The position numbers and the translations under genes were made by a program. A stretch of 64,000 bases of DNA, taken from NCBI RefSeq assembly GCF_001829785.1, contig NZ_MICF01000010.1. The stretch is one strand, 5' to 3'. Shown here in pieces: positions 39,460 to 49,373 of the stretch. Origin of the DNA: Sulfurimonas sp. RIFOXYD12_FULL_33_39. Lineage in GTDB: Bacteria; Campylobacterota; Campylobacteria; Campylobacterales; Sulfurimonadaceae. The notes beneath the pieces are model-generated. The model was given only the letters and a program-made list of their open reading frames with translations. It ran no database searches and was not told the origin of the DNA. Positions within the stretch are counted from its first letter, which is position 1; every line of letters begins with the position of its first letter.

Positions 39460-40764
39460 TTAACCTTTTTTCTTATTTGTAGATTGTTGATGAACTCCTC
39501 TATCTGGGCTAACCCATCTAGCACGACTCTTTTTTTTACCAAATAAAACCTTTGGAAGTGCTACAACAGCAGTAAATAGATTTAAAAACCAAAAGGCAAA
39601 CGGGTACCAAATCATCCAAAAGTAATTCTTTCCCAAACCTTCATCATAGTGACCATCAAGCCACTTGCTTACTCCAAACTGTATAAGACAAGCACCAATT
39701 AAAATAACACTTCCTTGATCTGGCAAAATTGGTGACTCTGATGGCATAAGATAATTAACTGGAAGAATCATACCTACAATCCAAACCAGAATTACCAAAA
39801 CCATACTGTACGCCCAAACCATACTAAGAAGCAACTCTATCATAAGCCCCCAAAGATGTGTCTGCTTATGTAAAAATAGAACTTTAAAGTTTTTAAACAT
39901 TACCTGAACACCACCCTTGGCCCAGCGCAAACGCTGATTCCACAACCCTTTGATAGTCTCAGGCATTAAAATCCATACTAAAGATTTAGGCTCAAAACGA
40001 ACATCCCAACCGTTTCTTTGTAACTTCCATGTAATATCTATATCTTCCGTTAGCATATCAGGACTCCAATAACCAACCTCATGAACGGCAGATTTTCTAA
40101 AACCGGTAATTACGCCTGAAACTGTAAATAGACGCCCAAAACTTCGCTGTGCACGCTTTATCATACCAACAATAGAGGAGAACTCTCCTACTTGTATTTT
40201 GCCGAGTAAGCTTGTACGATTTCTAATTCTTGGGTTACCTGTTACAGCTGCAACTTGTGGGTAGCGAATAAAGTGTTTTGCCATCCAGTAAACACAATAT
40301 GGATCGATGAGAGCATCTCCATCTATACAAACCAAATACTCATGCTTTGCTATAAGTGAGCCAGCTTGAAGAGCCAATGCTTTGCCTTGATTTTGGGCTA
40401 AATTTACAACTTTGAGTCTTGGATTCTCTTTTGCTAAAGAGAGCAATATCTCTAAAGTATCATCTTTACTTCCATCATTAATAGCTATTACTTCAAACTC
40501 TGGATATATAACATCTAGCGCATAAGTGATAGTCTCAATAGCATTCTCTCCCTCGTTGTAACATGGGATTAATATTGATACTCCTGCCCAACTCTCACCC
40601 TCTCTTAGCTCTGGAATCGTATCATTTATATAACGCTTTTCACTTTTAAAATAGAAAAATATCGCACCTATCATCCAGAGCGTGGACATAAAAAGCGGAT
40701 AGTAAAACACATAACCCAATATTGCATGCCAGATGTAATGCCACCAGATAAAAAATGTTTCCAT
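39460..40764 (-). CDS. pgaC: poly-beta-1,6-N-acetyl-D-glucosamine synthase (GT2)
   Basis: 434-aa membrane GT2 with DGD (CIDGDA), TEDID and QRLRWAKG motifs. Confidence 0.9.
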   Translation of the reverse strand: METFFIWWHYIWHAILGYVFYYPLFMSTLWMIGAIFFYFKSEKRYINDTIPELREGESWAGVSILIPCYNEGENAIETITYALDVIYPEFEVIAINDGSKDDTLEILLSLAKENPRLKVVNLAQNQGKALALQAGSLIAKHEYLVCIDGDALIDPYCVYWMAKHFIRYPQVAAVTGNPRIRNRTSLLGKIQVGEFSSIVGMIKRAQRSFGRLFTVSGVITGFRKSAVHEVGYWSPDMLTEDIDITWKLQRNGWDVRFEPKSLVWILMPETIKGLWNQRLRWAKGGVQVMFKNFKVLFLHKQTHLWGLMIELLLSMVWAYSMVLVILVWIVGMILPVNYLMPSESPILPDQGSVILIGACLIQFGVSKWLDGHYDEGLGKNYFWMIWYPFAFWFLNLFTAVVALPKVLFGKKKSRARWVSPDRGVHQQSTNKKKG

Positions 40765-40773
40765 TACCTACTC

Positions 40774-42795
40774 CTAGTTGTTTGGCGCTGTAAAACTCGG
40801 TGTTATAGTATGCATTCGCAAATCTTTTTTTGCAAAATCTTCTCTTATAACATCAGCATCAGGGTTGTTTTTGTACAGATTATCAGGATAGTATGCGATA
40901 TGGTGTACTCCCAAATCATAAAGATGCTCTATGGTTTGACTAAGCTCTTTTGATGAGATAGGCTCACTATCTTTTCTCCAATCCACACTTTGAAGCTCCA
41001 TAACAGTGCGCTCTAAACCGCACTCATCCTCTTTTACATGTTTTACTATATTGTCATAAAACTCCGTATGATTTTCGGCTTGCTCCATGTATGGCATCGC
41101 CATAATTGCTGTGTAGTCGTATTTTTTTATCGATTCGCTTAGTGATTGTGCATACCACTCCTGCGCATTTTCATTTAGTGCAACTTGTGCGTATAGATTA
41201 CGTGCTGTTTTTATTCCAGGTTGTTCATCTCTTAATATTTGAGCAAGCTCCATCGCAAAATTATCTAAATACTCAGTTTTTAGCTTAGTCCACTTTGCAA
41301 ACTGTACTTTGTCTGCTCTGATTTCATTAACACTTTGTGACAATCCCCATTTTTTGTATTGCGCTCTTGCTGCTTTGCTATCATCTTCATAATCAGAGAG
41401 CGTTACATCATCATGAAACAGTATGCCATCTATAAAGGTTGATTTTGCTAAATCTTCATAAATCTCTTTAATAACTTTTTGTGCTTTTGAAGAAAATGGA
41501 GATAAACGTGGGTATCCCATATTTAAGTGAGTCGAATCTACTTGAAGGGTAACTACCATATCTTTTGCAGCTGGATTTTCTGATGGAAGTTGCCACGCAA
41601 TCATAGGCATCCAAGCATAAACTCTACTTACATGTGTTCGAGTTTTTATCTGCCAAGAGACTCTGTTGAAAAAATCTGCACGCATCGGTACATGTCGGTT
41701 TGCAAAATAGACAAAATCTGCCGCACCATTAGCATCAGGATCACCAAAAGCTTGAAGATAGACTGTGTTTATTCCCAAGTTATTTATACGATCTAGTAAA
41801 GCACCGAGATTTTTTTCTCTTTGTTGTGGATCTTCATCATAGATATAATCCAAATCTATATGTGCTGCTTTTGTAGCTCTTGCATCATCTGTAAAATTTG
41901 CATCTCTTATCGCCATTGCCAACTTCAAATCAGCAATATCCATTTTTCCCTCAACCAATATTCGTCTTAGGGCATTTAACGGTGTATTTTTTGTATTGCT
42001 TCCATCATCGAGTGTTAGTCCGATAAACATTCCTAATTTCTCGGCTATTTTAGTAGCTTTTTTATTGTAGTAACCATAAGGCCAAACAATTACACGAGGT
42101 CTTTGCTTTATATATCCTTTTAAAAATGTAGCACTTTGGAGCAAATCATCATGTACACGTTTCTCATAACTTCTCTCATTTTCATACATCTGTTTATCTT
42201 CTAGCCACTCTCTTGCCTTTACAGCTGGGAGTTTGTTGCCATATGGATTTCCTAGTATCCCTTTGTGTAGAGCATATGTATGACTTGCAATCTCTACCAA
42301 ACCGCTAGAAATCATCTCTTTTATCTCTTCTTTGCTTAAAAACTTGCTTCTATCTATCATATGTCCATCAAAATCAACTCTCTCTTTTGACTTTAACCAA
42401 CTACCAACAAGTGCTACAACGGTAGGAATTTTGTATTTTTTTATTATTGGAAAGGCATTTGCATAGACAGATTGATATCCATCATCAAATGTTAGTAAAA
42501 CAGCTTTGTCTGGAAGCGGCTTTGCATTTTTTCTATACTCTAAAATATCATCTACACTCACAAAGTGATATCCATTATCCATAAGAAAGCGTATCTGCTC
42601 TTCAAAATTCTCTGGAGTGACTGTGTAAGTTGAATTTAGAGTTTCACCTTTTGCGGCTATTTCGTGATAACTTAGTATTGTAAACTCATTTATATTTTTG
42701 TCTCTGCTACACAGAGTTGGAAGCTCATTTGCCACAACTAAATTGGCTGCAACTAACATTAACACAAGGATTAATTTTAACATTGGTTTTAACAT
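40774..42795 (-). CDS. pgaB: PNAG N-deacetylase/export protein PgaB-like
   Basis: 673 aa with a signal peptide, an N-terminal polysaccharide deacetylase domain (LTFDDGYQS) and a C-terminal GH-like domain. Confidence 0.85.
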   Translation of the reverse strand: MLKPMLKLILVLMLVAANLVVANELPTLCSRDKNINEFTILSYHEIAAKGETLNSTYTVTPENFEEQIRFLMDNGYHFVSVDDILEYRKNAKPLPDKAVLLTFDDGYQSVYANAFPIIKKYKIPTVVALVGSWLKSKERVDFDGHMIDRSKFLSKEEIKEMISSGLVEIASHTYALHKGILGNPYGNKLPAVKAREWLEDKQMYENERSYEKRVHDDLLQSATFLKGYIKQRPRVIVWPYGYYNKKATKIAEKLGMFIGLTLDDGSNTKNTPLNALRRILVEGKMDIADLKLAMAIRDANFTDDARATKAAHIDLDYIYDEDPQQREKNLGALLDRINNLGINTVYLQAFGDPDANGAADFVYFANRHVPMRADFFNRVSWQIKTRTHVSRVYAWMPMIAWQLPSENPAAKDMVVTLQVDSTHLNMGYPRLSPFSSKAQKVIKEIYEDLAKSTFIDGILFHDDVTLSDYEDDSKAARAQYKKWGLSQSVNEIRADKVQFAKWTKLKTEYLDNFAMELAQILRDEQPGIKTARNLYAQVALNENAQEWYAQSLSESIKKYDYTAIMAMPYMEQAENHTEFYDNIVKHVKEDECGLERTVMELQSVDWRKDSEPISSKELSQTIEHLYDLGVHHIAYYPDNLYKNNPDADVIREDFAKKDLRMHTITPSFTAPNN

Positions 42796-42802
42796 ACGGT
42801 AT

Positions 42803-43123
42803 CTATCCCCAGCACTGTTTATATAGCTCTATTTGAGTTCGATATTGTATCCCAATTTCATAGAAAACAAATTGTCTGTTGAATTTTTTACACTTTCTTA
42901 TTTTCACCCCAAAAACCCTCTCGCCAGTTACAAAATCACCTATGTCGGTTATTATCTTTTGATCATTTGAGAGTGTGAGTAAAATATTTGTATTTTGAAA
43001 GTATCTCATCGAGTGAAAAGAAGGAAGCGTTGCGTTATGTTTTATCTCAAAATACTCTTTAAAGGTAAGTATTTTTAACTCTTTAGTAATTACTCTTCTG
43101 CTTAAATCATGGCTTTCTTGCAC
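42803..43123 (-). CDS. hypothetical protein (first ORF of the pga operon)
   Basis: 106-aa ORF with a GTG start and no clear RBS or motif. Confidence 0.35.
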   Translation of the reverse strand: MQESHDLSRRVITKELKILTFKEYFEIKHNATLPSFHSMRYFQNTNILLTLSNDQKIITDIGDFVTGERVFGVKIRKCKKFNRQFVFYEIGIQYRTQIELYKQCWG

Positions 43124-43144
43124 AATTTATTACTTTTGGTTGGC

Positions 43145-43165
43145 TTGCAACACTTTTGCAACACT
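43145..43165. promoter_or_regulatory. two direct TTGCAACACT repeats 11 bp apart
   Basis: Read directly from the sequence, in the divergent pga / adhesin intergenic region. Confidence 0.25.
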
Positions 43166-43214
43166 GCTCTAGTATTATAACAAAACGGTTTTAAACAATT
43201 AAAAGGAATCATAA

Positions 43215-46200
43215 TATGTCATTTGAAGTTACCCCCCCCTTACTAGCATAGCGTTTGTTTTGGACAATGTCCAAGACTATCAAAACATAGTATCCGGCAT
43301 ACCGACGGATACAACTGTTTTTATCATAGATTCAAAACAAAATGCTCTTGAGCAAATGGCGTCCATAAGCTCAAACTTCTCGGATCTCTCATCCATACAT
43401 ATATTTAGTCACGCAAGTCAAGCAAATCTTGACTTTGGGAATATAAAACTAAATGAAGAAACCATAAACGACTACTCTGCTTTACTCTCAGAAATAGGCT
43501 CTTCACTTACAAATGAGGGCGACATCCTCCTCTATGGGTGTAATGTCGCGCAGGGAAGTGCAGGAACGGAATTTATCGGGAAACTCGCCCTTGCAACCAG
43601 TGCGGACATCGCAGCCTCGGACGATGTGAGCGGTGCGGCTGATAAAGGCGGGGATTGGGTACTAGAAGTTAATCACGGTGTGGTTGATAATCACGCACTT
43701 TCCGTTGATACCTATGATGGCATATTGACAATAGATACAGGAACAATCCCAGATTCACAGAATGGTAACTATGCGCCTACGATTATTCGTGGGGCTGATG
43801 ATAATCTTTATATGGCCTTAGCCGATAGTGAGCAACTGATTCAATTTTTTAAATGGAACGGTAGTGCTTGGTCTCAGATAACAACTCTTACACCTGCTAT
43901 AATCGGTGATGTATCCATGCGAGCAGATGTGCCGCTGGGTGTGGATTCGACCGGTAAGCTTTATACCGTTGTGAGTTCTTATGAGATGATTGGAGATGGT
44001 ATTTGTGGTCATGTAAAATCTCAAATCGCTACTTTTGATGGTAGTAACTGGTCTTTTACCGAGATCGAAACCTTGACTCCTTCATCACCCTATGGGGCAA
44101 ATTATACGTTAAGCAATGGAAGTATCGTTATTGATAGTAACGACCATGTTCAGATAGCTTTTCATAGATGGGCTGACTATCGTTACGATGCCATAAGTGA
44201 GGAGAAAAATTTTTATGCGACAAATATTTCCGGAAGTTTTGTTATCACAAGTGCCGATGGTTCTAACGATCGAGCGGCAGCGATAACAACAGTATATGGT
44301 TTCGCCGGTGCCGGAGCAGGAGAGACCTATGTCGTGTATAATGTTATAGACACTCCTCAGGTCATATTTCAGAAATTTGTAAACGGTATCGCTTCGGGTT
44401 CGCCAATAACGACTACTATTGATGCAACTGGTTACTTTTGTGGAGCGGCTATCGATGCAGCCGGTAATTTGCACGTTCTAGCGGTGGATGGCACCAATTA
44501 TGAAATGAGTTTTTGGTCTTATAGCGGCGGGGTGTGGAACAGTGAACCTATAGTGCCAGGCACGGCAGGTCATACCTATTCGCCTGCTTTGACTGGTCAG
44601 GGGGCTAATGCTACTCCCTACGCTATGATAAGTGATGCCAGTGGCAATATGTATGTGTTCCTCGCGGAATACGATGCCGACTGGAATAGTGTGGGAAATA
44701 AAATACTAACCTATACTGGAAGCGAATGGATAGACGGTAAAACGGATATTAGTGCTTTAAATGCTATTGCCGATAAGTGGTCATTTGTTGCTGATAGTTC
44801 ATCCCATCTTATGATCATCAACGCTGCATATGAAGAAAATGCAACCTATCAGTTTGGTCCTGCGGTTGATTTTCAGGTGTTAGCCGGTCCTATCAGTACA
44901 GATATTAACGGAACCTTGTTAGCGGATAATACTTTTGATAGACCAAAAACATATGCGGATGATAATGGGGATGGTTATTATGAGTCTACATATTATGCGG
45001 CGAATCCTGGTGATATAACAGGTCTATACGGGGCTCAGTTCCAGTACTTTACTAGGAACGTTACCCCGAGCGCAGACGGTACGTTTACCTTTAACGTGAC
45101 GGCTGCAGAGTTTTCTGATACTTTTTTGTTGCTCTATGACGGTTCATTCGACCCTGCGAATCCGCTAACCAATCTGATTTTGGCACAAGACGATACTGCT
45201 GCTGATTTATGGTCAAATTTTAGTTATGGTTTAACTAATGGGCACACCTATGTATTGGTATTAACGAGTTTTAGTACGACAGCTACAGGTACACTTACTG
45301 TTAACGTATCTGGACCAAGTGCCGTTACCGTAGCCGCAAATGAATATTCATCAGATGTTCCGGTAGTCTCCGACACCACCGGTCCAACTGTCTCTTCCGT
45401 CGCTATCACCTCCGCCACAGGTGCGCAAAACAGCACACTCAATGCGGGCGATGTGGTAACCGCTACGCTCACCATGAACGAAGCAACCACTGTTACAGGG
45501 ACACCGCAACTCGCACTTAATATCGGTGGTACAACCGTACAAGCTAACTATACCGGTGGTACGGGTACAACGGCATTGACCTTTACCTACACCGTTTTGG
45601 CAGCTCAAACCGATGCAAACGGGATTAGCTTTGATGCTGATGGTCTATCCTTAAACGGCGGTACACTAAAAGATGCCGCAGGAAATGATGCGACATTAAC
45701 CCATGTGTCGGTCACGGATAATGGTAGCTACAAAGTAGATACCACCGCACCGACCGCGACGATCACGATGGTGGACACCGCTCTCAAAGCGGGAGATACG
45801 TCGCTGGTGACGATCACGTTTAGCGAAGCGGTTACCGGATTCAGCAACGCCGATCTGACCATTACCAACGGAGAACTCACTGATGTAGCCTCAGTGGATG
45901 GCGGAGTGACATGGACGGCGACATTTACCCCGACCAACGATTTGTACGATGCGAGCAACATTATCACCCTCACTAAAACGGGAGTGACCGACCTGGCAGG
46001 CAATGCGGGAGTCGGAACCACCGATTCGGCGAACTACGCCATCGATACGGAACTGCCGACTGTGACGATCACGATGGCGGACACCGCCCTCAAAGCGGGA
46101 GATACATCACTGGTGACGTTCACATTTGCTGAAGCGGTTACCGGATTTACAAACGATGATTTGACTATCGCCAAAGGAACCCTCAGTGACGTCACTTCGA

Positions 46201-49200
46201 GCGATGGCGGCATAACATGGACGGCGACGTTTACCCCGAGCGTCACTACGACCGATGCAACGAACGTTATTATTCTCGACCGAGCGGGGGTGAGCGACGC
46301 GGCCGGCAATGCAGGGAGCGGAAGCATTGAATCACCCAACTATACGATCGATACGGTACTACCGACCGTTGTCTCTATCGTTATGGCTGACACCGCTCTC
46401 AAAGCAGGTGATACCTCACTGGTAACCATCACGTTTAGCGAAGACGTTACCGGATTCAGCAACGCCGATTTGACCCTCGCCAACGGAACGCTCAGCGACG
46501 TATCCTCTAGCAACGGCGGTACGACATGGACGGCGACGTTTACCCCGACAGCGAACATAAGTGATACCGCCAACGTTATTACCCTCAACAACACGGGTGT
46601 GACTGATATAGCGCTCAATGCGGCGGTCGGAACCACCGATTCGGCGAATTACGTCGTCGAAACCAATAGCCCTACCGCAATCACCCTCAGCAATAACACC
46701 GCTTCGACGGCAGGAGGAGCCAATACGGTAGTAGTAGGAAGCCTCTCTTCGACCGATGCGACGACAGGCGACACCTTTACCTATTCTATCGGGGATGATA
46801 GTCCCTGGTTCACCATCAGCGGCTCAGATTTGTGCGTTACTGACCCTGCGGGACTGGGAGTGGGAACCTATACTATTGATACTCTCCGCTCTACCGATGC
46901 GGCAGGAAACATCCATGACGAAGCTAAGACCATCATCATCAGCTCCAACCCGACCGTCACGATCTCCGTCGATGACAGTACTCTAAAATCAGGACAGACC
47001 GCGACAGTGACGTTTACATTTAGCGAAGCACCGACTGGATTTACCGATGGCGATATTACAGTCTCCGGCGGCACACTATCAGCCGTAAGTGCTACAGATG
47101 CTACGCACTATACCGCTACATTTACTCCAACGGTAAATACTGCAAGCTTAAGCGGAAGCATCTCTATTGCTGCCGATACGTTTACAAGTAGCGGTAACAA
47201 TAACATTGTAAGCAATACTCTAAGCATTACGGGAGATACTCTTGCTCCTAGTGTACCGACGGTTACATCTTCAGCAAGTGGTAACGACAACACTCCGACT
47301 GTTGCAGGAACGGCAGAAGCAAATGCAGCGGTAACAGTCGTGATAGCAGGGGCAACATATACAACAACGGCAGATGGTAGTGGTGCTTGGTCTGTTGATA
47401 CCAGCAGTGCAGAACCAGACAGCGGAGCACTAGAGATCAATGCTAATGGAGACAATAGTGTGAGCGTAACAGCAACAGATAGTGCCGGTAATATCAGTTC
47501 TGCCGCTACTCAAACATTAGCGATCGATACTACGGCTCCAACTTTTACATCGGCCGCAACAAATACAAACGGCACAAAAGTAATACTAACATACAGTGAA
47601 GCATTGTACGCTACAACGGCTGCTACAACCGATTTTACAGTCATGATTGGAGAAGTTGCAAATACGGTAACGGCAGTGACAATCAGCGGAAGCACTGTCG
47701 AATTAACATTAACTACGACTATAACAAATGGGCAAACGGTTACCGTCGCTTATATCGCACCTGAATCAAATAGTGCAACAAGCAATAATGCAATACAAGA
47801 TAGCATAGGTAGTGATGCAGTAGATCTGACAAGCACATCCGTTACAAATAATGTTGCTGCTCCTTCAAGTGGTGGCGGCGGTTCATCTACTCCATCTACT
47901 CCATCTACTCCAACGACTCCAACAACTACCATAATAGATGATAGCAATCTTAGCGGAAGCAAAACTACATCCGTTACGACCACCGTTGGCGGCAACACCG
48001 TAGTTACACAGTCAGCGACAGGAACAAGAACATATACGGATGTAAACGGAAATACTAAAACCCAACCGAATGTCACAGTGGAAGCGATTAAAGCTACTTC
48101 TCCTACAAGCACTACTTCAGGAAGCACTACTGCCGTACCGCTTTATTGGGGAGAGAGTTCTAAAACCGAGTGGGCGACAACAGCTTCACTATCATCTGGT
48201 ATAACACTCTCATCCGAAGGTAACCGTGCACCGGTAGCGACACAAACTAAGACAACGGCTATCGATGATCTTATCTACTACATAGATACTACGACCCCTT
48301 CAACTGATAGTGGAAAAACTGGTATGCTAAATGGCGGGGAGACATTTTTAAATACACTAAGTCATATAGATACACTGGTTGTAAATAAAATAACTTTAAC
48401 AAGTGATAGTGCAACTACATCTGCTACGCCGATAACGATTCAAGGAACCGCAAATACGGTACATACCGCAAACGGCGATATTGCACCGATGGAAGCACTT
48501 GTAATTGATGCTCAAACACTGCCTACAAATTCAACACTACAACTCAATAATGTTGAGTTTGCGGTAATAGTAGGTGAAAATCTAACTATCCGTGGCGGTG
48601 AGGGACAAAACAAAATCTTTACGGGCGAAGGTTCTCAAGACATTATGTGTGGTGAAGATGATGATGAACTTCATGCAGGAGCAGGAGATGACAGCGTTGG
48701 TTCTGCAGGCGGAGACGACTTAATCTTTGGAGAGGCTGGAAACGATACCGTATATGGCGGAGAAGGTAATGACCTTCTTCACGGCGGAAGCGGAAATGAT
48801 AAAGCAACTTATGATGGCAATCAAGCAGACTATGTTATTACAAGAGATGAAGGTAAAACGTATGTTGCTTTAAGTTCTAATCCGGATGAAGTAGATACGC
48901 TTATAAATGCTGAAACAATAGAGTTTGCTGATGGAGTTTATGTTGTTGAATCTACAACGACGCAAGAAAAAATCGCAACTCTCTATACACAGATTTTAGA
49001 TCGTCAAGCAGAGATAGACGGATTTCAATACTGGGCATACGATACATTGAGTATGGGACAAATAGCACTTTGCTTTATAACATCTGCAGAGTATAAAGCA
49101 AACAGCGAAGTTGACTTTGACACACTTGATTTAGCCGGAAAGATAGAGACTTTTTATGAAGCCCTCTTAGGCAGAGCGTCGGACACAGAAGGTAAAGCCC

Positions 49201-49322
49201 ACTGGATAAATGCAGCTCAAAACGGTACTATGTCCATAGATCAAATCGCAGAAAACTTTTTAGACTCTGTAGAAATGCAAGGAATTTATCTAGCTAAAGA
49301 CGAGTGGAATTTTTATTTATAG
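43215..49322 (+). CDS. giant surface/secreted repeat protein (DUF4347 - Ig-like repeats - RTX Ca-binding repeats - 2x DUF4214)
   Basis: The track starts at TTG 43260. By my reading, the ATG at 43215 (AAAGGA RBS) is in the same frame with no stop, and it restores the first strand of the DUF4347 domain (IAFVLDNVQDYQ). The protein also has tandem TFSEAVTGF Ig-like modules, GGEGNDLLHGGSGND repeats and a C-terminal LYTQILDRQAEIDGFQYW. Confidence 0.85.
43231..43239 (+). repeat. C9 homopolymer within codons 6-9 of the giant protein gene
   Basis: Read directly from the sequence. It is the only long G/C homopolymer I noticed in the window. Confidence 0.85.
45738..46655 (+). repeat. three tandem 306-bp (102-aa) coding repeats
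   Basis: Units start at 45738, 46044 and 46350 (D-T-x-x-P-T...TALKAGDTSLVT.TF.E.VTGF...W.ATFTP...). Confidence 0.9.
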
Positions 49323-49329
49323 TTATTTT

Positions 49330-49356
49330 TACAGACTCTATATTTTAGAGTCTGTA
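49330..49356 (+). terminator. rho-independent terminator between convergent genes
   Basis: An 11-bp perfect stem (tacagactcta / tagagtctgta) with a 5-nt loop, 8 nt after the giant gene stop. Confidence 0.6.
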
Positions 49357-49373
49357 TCTGTATTATAATAAAC

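Noticed and set aside
42803-43123. The 106-aa pga leader ORF as a PilZ c-di-GMP receptor.
   Set aside because: Only a partial RRxxx(K) and a distant D.G....G are present. The spacing does not match the RxxxR...(D/N)xSxxG pattern of PilZ.
43141-43160. A possible sigma-54 promoter (TGGC...TTGCA) upstream of the adhesin gene.
   Set aside because: The GG-to-GC spacing is 15 nt rather than the required ~11 nt (TGGCAC-N5-TTGCA), so the resemblance is superficial. The direct repeats are reported instead.
45738-46655. A regularly spaced repeat array that might be mistaken for CRISPR.
   Set aside because: The units are 306 bp, contiguous, in frame and protein-coding (Ig-like modules). There is no short repeat and spacer organisation and there are no cas genes.
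45248-48127. A series of 60-125-aa antisense and out-of-frame ORFs in the track inside the giant adhesin gene.
   Set aside because: They lie entirely within a long, domain-rich + strand CDS in a GC-rich repetitive region where stop codons are rare in all frames. Their translations are low-complexity V/T/S/A strings mirroring the sense repeats. They are treated as artefacts.
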